A stretch of DNA of 64,000 nucleotides, from the NCBI GenBank assembly GCA_965213625.1, contig CBDBZU010000004.1:288001-352000 (forward strand), written 5' to 3'. Of the stretch, positions 21,083 through 30,110 are shown one piece after another; positions within the stretch are counted from its first letter, which is position 1, and every line of letters begins with the position of its first letter. The position numbers were made by a program, and so were the translations under genes. This stretch comes from a bacterium (GTDB lineage Bacteria > UBA8248). Under the pieces are notes generated by a model, which saw nothing but the letters and a program-made list of their open reading frames with translations, was not told where the DNA came from and searched no databases.

Positions 21083-21913
21083 ATGAAAATCATACTCGCA
21101 ATCGCCCTCTCGCTCTTCATGACTTCAGCCTCTTTCGCGCAAGAGATCGTAAAGGAAAAGCCCTCCAACCCGGTTCTTTTGATGAAGACGAATTTCGGCG
21201 ACCTCTACATCGAAATGTTCCCCGAGGAAGCGCCCAAGACGGTGGCGAACTTCATGGACCTCGCCACGGGCAAGCGTGTCTTCGCCGACCACAAGACCAG
21301 CAAGAAAGTGAAACGCCCGTTCTATGACGGTCTGAAGTTTCACCGTGTCATCAAGGAGTTCATGATCCAGGGAGGCGACCCCAAGGGAAACGGTACTGGA
21401 GGCCCCGGCTACAACTTCGAGGATGAGATCAACGCCGAAGCCCTGGGTCTCCATAATCAAAAGGCTTTGAAGGACGGCCGCCCGCATGCTTATTTGCCCA
21501 TCAGGAACCAGAGCGATTTTCAGCGCACCCTGGTGCAGCCCCTGTTACAGAAGATGGGCATCCGCTCCCAGGCCGACCTCGACAAGCGCAGGGAAGAGGT
21601 GAAGAAGCGTATCAACGAGCTCACGCTCAAGGATGCGTATGAGAACATGGGCTATCGCTTCAACGAGAAACTCAAGTCACGCCCACCCAAGAAGGGCGTG
21701 CTCGCGATGGCGAACTCGGGCCCCAACACGAACGGTTCGCAATTTTTCATCAACCTGATCGACACCCCTTGGCTAGCGGGCAAACACACGGTATTCGGAA
21801 AAGTAGTGAAGGGGATGGACGTGGTGGAGAAAATCGGCGAAACGCCCGTGGGGGCGGGGAGCACGCCTCAGAAAGAGGTGAAAATCATCTCGGTCCGGCT
21901 TCATACTCCCTGA
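21083..21913 (+). CDS. Exported cyclophilin-type peptidyl-prolyl isomerase with an internal insertion
   Basis: Signal peptide, APKTVANF, FYDGLKFHRVIKEFMIQGGDP and LAMANSGPNTNGSQFFI...HTVFGKV. Confidence 0.9.
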   Translation: MKIILAIALSLFMTSASFAQEIVKEKPSNPVLLMKTNFGDLYIEMFPEEAPKTVANFMDLATGKRVFADHKTSKKVKRPFYDGLKFHRVIKEFMIQGGDPKGNGTGGPGYNFEDEINAEALGLHNQKALKDGRPHAYLPIRNQSDFQRTLVQPLLQKMGIRSQADLDKRREEVKKRINELTLKDAYENMGYRFNEKLKSRPPKKGVLAMANSGPNTNGSQFFINLIDTPWLAGKHTVFGKVVKGMDVVEKIGETPVGAGSTPQKEVKIISVRLHTP

Positions 21914-21969
21914 TTTCCAGGAGAAAGAACTGGAACGGCGCGTTCATCAAGCAACGCCCTCGTGTAAGG

Positions 21970-22578
21970 TTACATCTCGCGGCGGCCCTCTAGCGATCGG
22001 GTAAGCGTCATCTCATCCGCGTATTCGAGATGGCTGCCCATGGGCAAGCCGTGCGCCAACTGGGTGACGCGCACGCCGAGCGGTTTGAGCACCTGGGCGA
22101 GATACAGGGAAGTTCCCTCGCCCGCCATATTGGGATTCAGAGCCAGAATCACCTCATTCACATCTCCCGTCTTTACACGCTCAATGAGCTTGGCGATGGT
22201 GAGGTCCTCGGGCTCCACGCCATCGAGAGGGGAAATGACGCCCATCAGCACGTGATAGCGTCCCTTCACGCCTCCCGCGCGCTCGATGGCGAACACGTCG
22301 GCGGGCTCTTCCACTACGCAAATGACGCTCGCGTCGCGTGCGCCGCACACCGAGCAGTCAATCCCGCCCGCTTCACCCTCCACGAGCATCGAACACGTGC
22401 CGCACAGGCCCACTTTGTCATGCAGCGCCTCGCACGAGGCGGCGATTTTATCGGCGGCTTCGGGGTCCTTGCCCAACAGGTGAAAAACGAATCGCTGCGC
22501 GCTTTTCGGCCCCACTCCTGGAAGACGACGAAACGCTTCGATGCACTCTTCTATGGCGGGAAACCGACTTAGCTGCAT
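21970..22578 (-). CDS. recR: Recombination mediator RecR
   Basis: LPGVGPKSAQR, C4 zinc finger, ICVVEEPAD, YHVLMG.ISPLDG and GLPMGSHLEYADE. Confidence 0.95.
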   Translation of the reverse strand: MQLSRFPAIEECIEAFRRLPGVGPKSAQRFVFHLLGKDPEAADKIAASCEALHDKVGLCGTCSMLVEGEAGGIDCSVCGARDASVICVVEEPADVFAIERAGGVKGRYHVLMGVISPLDGVEPEDLTIAKLIERVKTGDVNEVILALNPNMAGEGTSLYLAQVLKPLGVRVTQLAHGLPMGSHLEYADEMTLTRSLEGRREM

Positions 22579-22669
22579 GGTGTATTCTCAGTTACGTTTC
22601 AGGCCGCGGCCTAAAATGACGAAAAAGACGATATGAAAACGATGCGCGGCGCAGAGGCCGCGCACCGAC

Positions 22670-22987
22670 TCAGAACATACCGGGAATGGGCAGACCACCG
22701 GTGAGTTTCTTCATCTCCTCGGACATCATGTCCTTGCCTTTACGGGACGCCTCGTTGCACGCGGCGCGCACCAGATCCTCGAGCATCTCCACATCATCGG
22801 GGTCGACCACTTGCGGGTCTATTTTCACCGAGATCACGTCGCCCGCGCCGTTGGCGGTCACGCTCACCATGCCGCCGCCGGCGGAGGCCTCCACCGTCTT
22901 CGCCGCCATCTCCTCCTGAAGCTTGGCCATCTTGTCCTGGAGTTGGCGCGCCTGTTTCATTAAACCTCCGATGCCACCTTTTAACAT
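22670..22987 (-). CDS. ybaB: YbaB/EbfC nucleoid-associated protein
   Basis: LMKQA..LQ, ASAGGGMV and DDVEMLEDLV; located between dnaX and recR. Confidence 0.95.
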   Translation of the reverse strand: MLKGGIGGLMKQARQLQDKMAKLQEEMAAKTVEASAGGGMVSVTANGAGDVISVKIDPQVVDPDDVEMLEDLVRAACNEASRKGKDMMSEEMKKLTGGLPIPGMF

Positions 22988-23018
22988 GAGAATCTCCCCG
23001 AGGTATTTCCCTCACCAC

Positions 23019-24749
23019 TCAAGCGAATGAATTTCCACCCGATTTTCGCATCCGCCCGTGGCGAATGTCGACTATCTTTCCGTTGAACAAATCCACGATT
23101 TCCTGAACCACCGCCTCTTCATTCTCATCAAGTTTCTGGCCACGCACATTGCTTGTTTCCCCAGCCCCTTGCCTGGTTTGCGAATGCGCTCCATTTTTCA
23201 CGCCCGCTATCTCGACTTTGGCGCTCCAGGGGGAATGCTCTCGGAAGAATTTTTCGATTTCGGGCAGCACCTCCTCCGCCATGTGCAGACTCTGCGCGTT
23301 CCGGTTCTCCAGCGCGAGAATCACGCGGATGATTCCTTCTGTTTCAAGATCAAGCTCAACGCCATGAAAAAGCGGACGCCTCATCGGGCGCAAGGTCTTC
23401 ACCGCGCCAGTCCATACGCGCCTCGCCTCGACGGTGTTCCACTCCTGCGCTTCCACCTGCGCGACGGGAGAGCCCCCCGAATCAGGTTCAGTCGCAGGCG
23501 GAGCCGAGGCGGGCGCCGTGGTTTTCAGAGGAGCCGGAGGCGCTGCGCCGCCGGCAGGTTCCTCTTTCTGCGATGGGGTAAGGGTGGGAAGTGGAGCCGC
23601 TCCCCCGCCCATGGTCTCGAGCTTCTCCATCAATGCGCCCAAATCCGCTATCGGCTCAATCTGGCACATGCGCAGAATCGCAACCTCGAGCGTCATGCGG
23701 GGGTGATCCGATGTCCTGAGTTCGAACTCCGCTCCCTGCAGAATGGAATACGCTTGATGCGCCTCGGCGAAGCTCATCTTCGCAGCCACCTGATTGCGCT
23801 CTTCGATTTCTGAGGCCGCCACGTCGAAGAGCGCCTCGTTGTCACTGGCCGATAAGAGCACCATGCAGTCGCGCAAATACTCGAGGAGGTTCGCGGAGAA
23901 GAGCTTGAGGTCGTGACCCGCGTCGAAGAGGCTCTTGAGTTCGGTAAGCGCCTTGTTGCCGTCGCGCGCGATCACCGCCTCGACCACTGCTTTGTGGATG
24001 CTGCCCGAGGGCACCCCGAGCACTTTTTCCACTTCCTCGTTCGACACCGGATCCTCGGCGGCGAAAGCGAGCACCTGATCGAGCAAAGACTGCGCATCGC
24101 GAATGCTGCCCTCCCCCATCCGCGCCAACAGCTTGACGGCCGACTCGTCCATCTTCCTGCCCTGCGCCTCGACGATCTTTGAGAGATGCGCCGCGATGAC
24201 CGAGGTCGTGATCCTCCTGAATTCAAACACCTGGCAGCGGCTCAAAATGGTGTCGGGGACGTTCTTGATCTCCGTGGTGGCCAGAATGAATACGACGTGG
24301 GGCGGTGGTTCTTCGAGCGTCTTGAGCAACGCGTTGAAAGAGCTTTTTGAGAGCATGTGCACTTCATCGAATATCACCGTCTTGTAGCGCCCGCGCGCGG
24401 GTTGGTAGCGCAGCCCCTCGCGCAGTTCACGCACGTTGTCCACCCCCGTATAGGTGGCGGCGTCGATTTCCAGAATGTCGGGATGGCTCCCTCTTGTGAT
24501 CTCCTCGCAAGATGAACACTCATTGCAAGGTTCGGGCAGAGACCCATCTTCCGATTCGCAATTGAGCGCCTTTGCAAGAATACGGGCGGTGGTCGTCTTA
24601 CCTACTCCGCGCGTACCGCTGAACAGATATGCGGATGCGACGCGCCCCGAGGCGAGCGCGTTCGTGAGCGTGCGCTGGATGTGCTCCTGGCCGATGAGTT
24701 CCTCGAAACGCTGCGGACGCCATTTCCTGGCGCTGCCGATGAAGGACAT
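23019..24749 (-). CDS. dnaX: DNA polymerase III subunit gamma/tau
   Basis: ARKWRPQRF, GTRGVGKTT, DEVHMLS, NALLKTLEEPP and TILSRCQ. The true start is ATG 24749; the ORF-track extension overlaps ffs. Confidence 0.95.
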   Translation of the reverse strand: MSFIGSARKWRPQRFEELIGQEHIQRTLTNALASGRVASAYLFSGTRGVGKTTTARILAKALNCESEDGSLPEPCNECSSCEEITRGSHPDILEIDAATYTGVDNVRELREGLRYQPARGRYKTVIFDEVHMLSKSSFNALLKTLEEPPPHVVFILATTEIKNVPDTILSRCQVFEFRRITTSVIAAHLSKIVEAQGRKMDESAVKLLARMGEGSIRDAQSLLDQVLAFAAEDPVSNEEVEKVLGVPSGSIHKAVVEAVIARDGNKALTELKSLFDAGHDLKLFSANLLEYLRDCMVLLSASDNEALFDVAASEIEERNQVAAKMSFAEAHQAYSILQGAEFELRTSDHPRMTLEVAILRMCQIEPIADLGALMEKLETMGGGAAPLPTLTPSQKEEPAGGAAPPAPLKTTAPASAPPATEPDSGGSPVAQVEAQEWNTVEARRVWTGAVKTLRPMRRPLFHGVELDLETEGIIRVILALENRNAQSLHMAEEVLPEIEKFFREHSPWSAKVEIAGVKNGAHSQTRQGAGETSNVRGQKLDENEEAVVQEIVDLFNGKIVDIRHGRMRKSGGNSFA

Positions 24750-24825
24750 CAAGAATCCATCCCAAGGATTTACGCCATAAAAGGGCCCCATACCCCATGA
24801 GCGGCGCAGACCCTGCGATGGAGTC

Positions 24826-24930
24826 GACCGGCCAGGCGCCCTCGTGGCACCCGGGAGTATCCACTTACCGCTGCTTCCTTCCGGACCTGACGGGGTTCGC
24901 GGGCTCCCGCCGCACGAGACCCAACCGGCC
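24826..24930 (-). ncRNA. ffs: Signal recognition particle 4.5S RNA
   Basis: The reverse complement contains GAACCCCGTCAGGTCCGGAAGGAAGCAGCGGTAAG within a long hairpin, at the canonical position upstream of dnaX. Confidence 0.9.
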
Positions 24931-25235
24931 GAATCCATCGCAGGCTCTTAATGAAATCCTACCTCGTCCCCCGGCCTTTTGGAAGCGGAAGCATCGCCAT
25001 TTTAATGAGGGCGAACCGCGTGACGGATAACCATCCAAATAACATGGCGTTAGGAGGGCATCTCCTTCAGAAAGGCAACATCCATGAGAGGGAACCAACC
25101 CTTAGAATAAATGCCGACTTGCATCGCCATATAACTCGGAATGGGGTTACAATACACCGGTTCAGCTTCAAACTACTAGAAGCCCTCTCGGTACCGTATT
25201 TTTTTCGGGTCAAACACGGAAAGGCCAACGGACGC

Positions 25236-26099
25236 ATGTCTTACTCGAAAGTCGTCGAACTTACTGAGGGAAAGGTTTACGTCCTCCACAATACATTTCC
25301 TCTGGATGGTCGCATAAGCGCATATCCCATCAGCGCGCGCGGGCACAGCGTCTCAAACTGCTATCTTTTGAAAGATGATTCAGGTGCGGTTCTGCTTGAT
25401 ACCGGCTACGCCACTCACGAGGCCGAAATCCTGGCGCAGCTGGAATCCCTCATCGAACCGGATACGCCCCTGCATCTGCTACCGCTGCGCATCAATGAAT
25501 TCATGTCGGTGGGCAACGCCATGGCGATCGCCAAACGCTTCAACGTGGTGGAGTGCCTCGCCCCCGTGCCGGAAATCAACGAATGGCTCGAGTTCGAAGC
25601 GCTCGAACCTAACGGTGGGAACAACGGCAATCCCATTCTTCCCACCACGATATTGAAACCGCTCCATCCCATCGAAATCGGAGATAGATATATCGAGGTG
25701 ATGATCGCGCCGATTCGCCTCATCAGCACCCGCTGGATTTACGATGCCGCCACACGCACGCTGTTCACCTCGGACTTGTTCAGTCACCTTTGGGCGGATA
25801 GCGCGGAAGGCCCATGGCTGCTGGATGAAGACAAGGTGACGACGACTTCTTTCGTTCGCTCTTTCTTGCTAAACACGCGCTACTGGTGGCTCGAAGGCGC
25901 GAGGACGGACTCCATCCGCAAAGGAATCGCCGAAGTCTTCGAGCGCTATGAGATCGAGACCATCGCTCCGGGCTACGGCGCCATCCTGCGCGGGCGTCAT
26001 CTGGTAGAGCAGCAATTCGCCGTGCTGGATGAGGTTCTGGCGGGTCTCGACCGGAGCGTCGTCAAGCCAGGGTACGTCGCGCTGGGCTTGGAGAGATAG
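25236..26099 (+). CDS. MBL-fold (flavodiiron/ODP-like) protein with a degenerate metal motif
   Basis: NCYLL, VLLDTG, TLFTSDLF and IAPGYG scaffold. The HxExDH-type site is replaced by LRINEFMS. Confidence 0.65.
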   Translation: MSYSKVVELTEGKVYVLHNTFPLDGRISAYPISARGHSVSNCYLLKDDSGAVLLDTGYATHEAEILAQLESLIEPDTPLHLLPLRINEFMSVGNAMAIAKRFNVVECLAPVPEINEWLEFEALEPNGGNNGNPILPTTILKPLHPIEIGDRYIEVMIAPIRLISTRWIYDAATRTLFTSDLFSHLWADSAEGPWLLDEDKVTTTSFVRSFLLNTRYWWLEGARTDSIRKGIAEVFERYEIETIAPGYGAILRGRHLVEQQFAVLDEVLAGLDRSVVKPGYVALGLER

Positions 26100-26107
26100 G
26101 AGCGCGC

Positions 26108-26869
26108 ATGAGTCATCCCCTGCCCCGTGAAGTCTCGCCCGGCGTCTTCTGGCTAGGTGACTGCCTCGTACAGCACTCTCAGGGCAAAATCTATCACTCC
26201 TACAACGCGGCCTTCCTCATTATCGGCTCAGAGGCCTCCATGCTCGTGGAGACGGGACATCCCAAAGATTTCCCCATTATCGAACGACAGATGAGAGATA
26301 TCCTTGCCAAAGGCGGCGGGCCGCTCAAACACCTTTTCCTCACCCATCAGGAAACGCCCCACTCGGGTGGTCTGGGCCGCGTGCTCGACAGATACCCCGA
26401 CCTCACCATCCACGGGGACATGTGCGACTACCATCTCGCATTTCCCGAGCACGAAGGCCGCTTTAAGGAAATGCGCGTGGGAGACGCCATCGACTTAGGC
26501 GATACGAAATTCATGGCCGTGGAGCCGGTGATCAGGGATTTGAGGAGTTCTCTCTGGGGATACGAGACCAAAGGTCGCGTACTGTTTCCCGGAGACGGCT
26601 TCGCCTACAGCCACTACCATACCGATGGTCACTGCGGGATGTTCGCCGAGGAGGCCACCTCTCTCGATCTGGTCGACGTGCTGGGCGTTTTCGCCGAACG
26701 CGCCCTGTTCTGGACCACCTTCACCGACATGAACATCTACGCCGATAAACTCGAAGAGTTGATGGCCGAGTTAAACGTCGAAGTTGTTGCACCGACGCAC
26801 GGCCTCCCCATCCGGGACATAGCGCAAACGATGCCCAAGGTGAGAGAGGGCCTCGTCCAGGGCAATTGA
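26108..26869 (+). CDS. MBL-fold (flavodiiron/ODP-like) metalloprotein
   Basis: YNAAFLI, LVETG, LFLTHQETPHSGG, LFPGDGF and VAPTHG. Confidence 0.75.
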   Translation: MSHPLPREVSPGVFWLGDCLVQHSQGKIYHSYNAAFLIIGSEASMLVETGHPKDFPIIERQMRDILAKGGGPLKHLFLTHQETPHSGGLGRVLDRYPDLTIHGDMCDYHLAFPEHEGRFKEMRVGDAIDLGDTKFMAVEPVIRDLRSSLWGYETKGRVLFPGDGFAYSHYHTDGHCGMFAEEATSLDLVDVLGVFAERALFWTTFTDMNIYADKLEELMAELNVEVVAPTHGLPIRDIAQTMPKVREGLVQGN

Positions 26870-26906
26870 AACGCAAGGTTTCCCCTGTGTCTGCCCAAAT
26901 CAAATC

Positions 26907-27305
26907 CTAGACGTCCTCCACCAGTTCCCACAGCGTGCCCATGGTGCTCTTGGGCTTGATAAAAGCGATGAGATGCCCGCCGAAGCCGGGCCTTGATTTC
27001 TCATCGATGAGTTCGAAGCCCTGCGCCTTCATGTCAGCCAGCACGCCGTCGATGTTCTTCACGTCGAAGGCCACGTGATGGAGACCCTCGCCCCGCTCTT
27101 CGATAAACTTGGCGAGAGGCGTATCCTGCTTGATGGGCGAAATGGGCTCGATGAGGTCGCCGCCCAGGTCCATCATGGCCAGATCGGTCGCACCGTCGGC
27201 GGAAGTCTCCCTCGCGAGCAGTTTCGCACCCATGCCTTCATAAAGAGCGATGGCGGCGTCCATGTCTTTCACCGCGACGCCGATGTGATGAAATTTGTTG
27301 AACAT
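26907..27305 (-). CDS. mce: Methylmalonyl-CoA epimerase-like VOC family protein
   Basis: HHIGVAV, KFIEERGEGLHHVAF and IAFIKPKSTMGTLWELVE. Confidence 0.75.
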   Translation of the reverse strand: MFNKFHHIGVAVKDMDAAIALYEGMGAKLLARETSADGATDLAMMDLGGDLIEPISPIKQDTPLAKFIEERGEGLHHVAFDVKNIDGVLADMKAQGFELIDEKSRPGFGGHLIAFIKPKSTMGTLWELVEDV

Positions 27306-27498
27306 ATCCTTATTTCCTCCTTGTCAGGCGCAGCGAGGGGATTCATCCTCCTCGCCGCATCGATGTTTCGAAGATGTTTAGCAGGCTTCCCGGTATTCCA
27401 CAATCAAACCCGCCCGGGAAACTATACTTGGCAAAGCGTTTGCCGTATCCTGCGCGCATCAGCGAAATCATGCGAAACACATTTATGAGGAGAAATCC

Positions 27499-28059
27499 AT
27501 GACAGATCCCATCGACGGACACAGCACCTCCACCGTGCCGGGCGAGCGCGTCATCGACAAGCCGGAACTCCCCAAAGGTGGACTGTATACGGACAATACC
27601 GTCCACACCGAGATGCACGAAGGCTCCCTCCAGCTCAAACGCGGTACGGCGGGCGATTTCGAGATTTTCTGCGACGAGGGCGCGCACATCGGCGGTTCGG
27701 CCCAATACCCCACGCCTATGGCTTATCTCGCCATGGCGACAGGCTTCTGACTGCTTACCCAGGTGTCGCGGTACGCGCACATGATGAAAATGGAAATCAA
27801 GGGGGCGAGCGTCTCGGTCCGGTTCCGCAAGCTGCTGGGCGGCTCCGTGCTCAAGGGCACAGTCTTCAACAAGTGGGAGGCCGTGGACACGCACTTGAAA
27901 GTCGAATCGGACGAGCCTGCCGAGAAACTCGCGCATCTCATCAAGAACGCCAAGAACGGCTGCTTCGCCGAGGCCCTCATAACCGAGCCCGTGCCGCTCA
28001 ACTCCACCGTGGAGGTGAACGGCGAACCCTTCAATATAGAGGGCGTGACGGCGGATTAA
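27499..28059 (+). CDS. OsmC-like peroxiredoxin, predicted selenoprotein (UGA at 27748-27750 read as Sec84)
   Basis: ORFs 27499-27750 and 27763-28059 are in the same frame. Read-through gives DEGAHIGG...PTPMAYLAMATGF-U-LLTQ...KNGCFAE, with U at the OsmC peroxidatic Cys position. SECIS-like hairpin at 27763-27780. Confidence 0.8.
27763..27780 (+). promoter_or_regulatory. Putative bacterial SECIS element
   Basis: GUG-(bulged U)-CGCG-[GUA]-CGCG-CAC starts 12 nt after the UGA. The bulged U and apical GU resemble the E. coli fdhF SECIS layout. Confidence 0.65.
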
Positions 28060-28082
28060 CACCCATATATGGAGTTTTTGGT

Positions 28083-28535
28083 ATGGAATATTTCAACGCA
28101 TCAGACGACGTCGCCTTCGGCTCACAGCCTGAGCCCGCCGACCTTGAATCCCTCGCGGCCAGAGGTGTGAAGACCATCATCAACACGCGTTTTCCCGAAG
28201 AAGACCAGGGCGATCTCCCGCCCGATCGCGCCAAAACCGAGGCGGAAGCGCTGGGAATGCGCTACATGAACATCCCCGTCTCGCCGGTCGAGTTCAGCCC
28301 CGCTTCGCTGGCCGAGGTAAGCCGCGCGCTCTCGGAAGCCAAGGCCCACGGGCCTGCGTTCGTACACTGAAAGGCCACTGGGCGAGCCGGGATTTGCTCG
28401 CTGAACCATCTGGCTGATGAGAACGACTGGTCGGCGGGGGATATGGAAGCCGCCGCCGACGCCACAGGCTTCGACTGGCGCGAGGCGCCGCTCGCGCCCA
28501 AGTACCGTGAGTTCTTCGCGCAGAGGCCCGGGTAG
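28083..28535 (+). CDS. DUF442/TIGR01244-like sulfurtransferase (PTP/rhodanese-like fold), predicted selenoprotein (UGA at 28368-28370 read as Sec96)
   Basis: GSQPEPADLESLAARGVKTIINTRFPEE...GMRYMNIPV...PAFVH-U-KATGRA matches the HCxxxxR active loop. The frame stays open for 54 more codons to TAG 28533-28535. Confidence 0.8.
28381..28402 (+). promoter_or_regulatory. Putative bacterial SECIS element
   Basis: GGCGAGC-[CGGGAUUU]-GCUCGCU hairpin starting 10 nt after the UGA, with a G-containing apical loop. Confidence 0.55.
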
Positions 28536-28961
28536 ACGCAAAGAGGCCGCCGTAGCGCTCTGCCGCAGAGACGCGCTACCCCGCAACTACGCGCATTTGC
28601 CGTAGCTGATCGGCTCGCGGGCCATGGCAGAATTCCCCTGCGCAGCTACCGCTGCGTCCATTCCAGAGCAAATAATTTGTCGGTAATTTACCGATTAACC
28701 CCGTGAATTTATCGGTATTTATCGATATATCCAGAAACCCTTGGATATCGAGCCTTTCTCGCCTTTTCCCCTTCACTGAAAACAATCCCCTATTTAGTTG
28801 ATATTATTTCAGTTTAATCATTTTTCAGACTTCTCTCGAACCGAGCCTGCACCGATTCCGGATCGGCCCGGCGGAGTCTGTAATCAAGCCGAAAGCGGAT
28901 TCATTACAACGTCTGCGCGCCCGGGCGCAGGCGGGTCGGCGGTAAGGATGTAAGCGATGGG

Positions 28962-29804
28962 GTGTGTGCCAGGCTAACTGGTGCCAGTGCAGCCGGTGAA
29001 AGTCCGGCAGGAAGGAGAAGGTGAACCGCCACCTCCACCCCGAGTCATGGGCCGCCACTCGCGAGGGTGGGAGTCAAGCGTTGACAGGGGCGCGGGCGGG
29101 GCTATTGAGCATCGAAAGAATTATTGTCCGGGATGTCGAGGTTTTCCCCTCAGCCGAAGACAGCATCCGACCCGCCGATACGGCGAGGCGGGCCGGAATC
29201 CCGCGGTGTCAAAGAACCCACGCACGTACGTACGTACTTCACCGGGACCTGGGAGGTTTCCATGCCATCCCGCCGTAGTGGCGGGGCCGCAGAGGGAAGG
29301 AGGAATCCGTAGTCGATGATGAACGGCATGGAGAAGTCAGACTCAGGGCTAGTAGCCGAGAAGCCGACGAACAAGGGGACGCGAGTTCTGGCGGAGGCGG
29401 TGGAGCGAAGGGCCGGGCCCGAGGGGAATCCGGGAAGCCAAAGCACGCGCCGGACACAGGGCCGGGAAAGCGTGTCACAAGCGGTCGACCGGATACGGCA
29501 ATTCGTTGTACAGGAGCCACGGAGCGTCTGACGACGCTTCTCCACCACGTGACTCCCGATGCGCTGCGCAGGGCGTTCCTCGAGTTAAAGAGGGATGCTA
29601 CGGCATGCGCGGACGGAGTGACGTGGCGGATGTACGCGGAAGGGCTGGAAGGCCGACTGGCCGACCTGCACGAGCGCGTGCACTCGGAAGCTTACCGGGC
29701 GACGCCGTCACGGCGGGTGAACATCTCCAAGCCCGACGGCGGGACACGACCGCTCGGCGTCGCAGCCATCGAGGACAAGATAGTCCAGAAGGCCGTGACG
29801 GAGC
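28962..29804 (+). mobile_element. ltrA: Truncated group II intron (5' ribozyme domains plus the N-terminal part of the RT/maturase, frameshifted)
   Basis: GTGTG 5' end, GGTGAAAGTCC domain I motif, then MEKSDSGLVAEKPTNK...ERRAGPEGN...QAVDRIRQ / ERLTTLLHHVT...DGVTW..Y / YRATPSRRVNISKPDGGTRPLGVAAIEDKIVQKAV. Frameshift near 29520; no YADD and no domain V/VI. Confidence 0.85.
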
Positions 29805-30010
29805 GAAACATCGCCGTTCACAAGTTCCGAGAGCGTCGCGTGGCGTACGCCGAGTATCCGCGCCGCCGCCGTAACGCTCAACCCGAATTCCTCAAGTATT
29901 TCCAGGCAGATGAAGGCTCTGGGGTGCGAGGGTGGCATCCCCATCTTGATGCCGCCGCTGTTCATCAGTGGTAGTCCTCCAGATTCAGACGCTCAATCCC
30001 GCCGTCTCGT
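29802..30010 (-). pseudogene. higA: higBA toxin-antitoxin remnant (HigB C-terminus plus HigA N-terminal HTH)
   Basis: Minus strand reads ...DGGIERLNLEDYH* overlapping (TGATG, 29967-29963) with MNSGGIKMGMPPSHPRAFICLEILEEFGLSVTAAARILGVRHATLSELVNG, which is cut at about 29802. Confidence 0.75.
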
Positions 30011-30110
30011 GGAGGCCCCGATCGCCGAGCGGGCATACGGCTCGTATTTGCGGGAGAATTCGCGTTTCGCGGAGTTGCGCTCAGGCTTGGAGTGTGAATA
30101 TTATGAATCT

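Noticed and set aside
23300-23650. Programmed dnaX frameshift site
   Set aside because: I found no A-AAA-AAG or long A-run slippery site on the coding strand in the linker region.
24750-24938. N-terminal extension of dnaX in the ORF track
   Set aside because: It overlaps the SRP RNA gene. The conserved DnaX N-terminus begins at 24749.
29316-29974. RT as a retron, DGR or defence RT
   Set aside because: It has a group II intron 5' structure and maturase N-terminus, is truncated before YADD, and no template/variable repeat pair was found.
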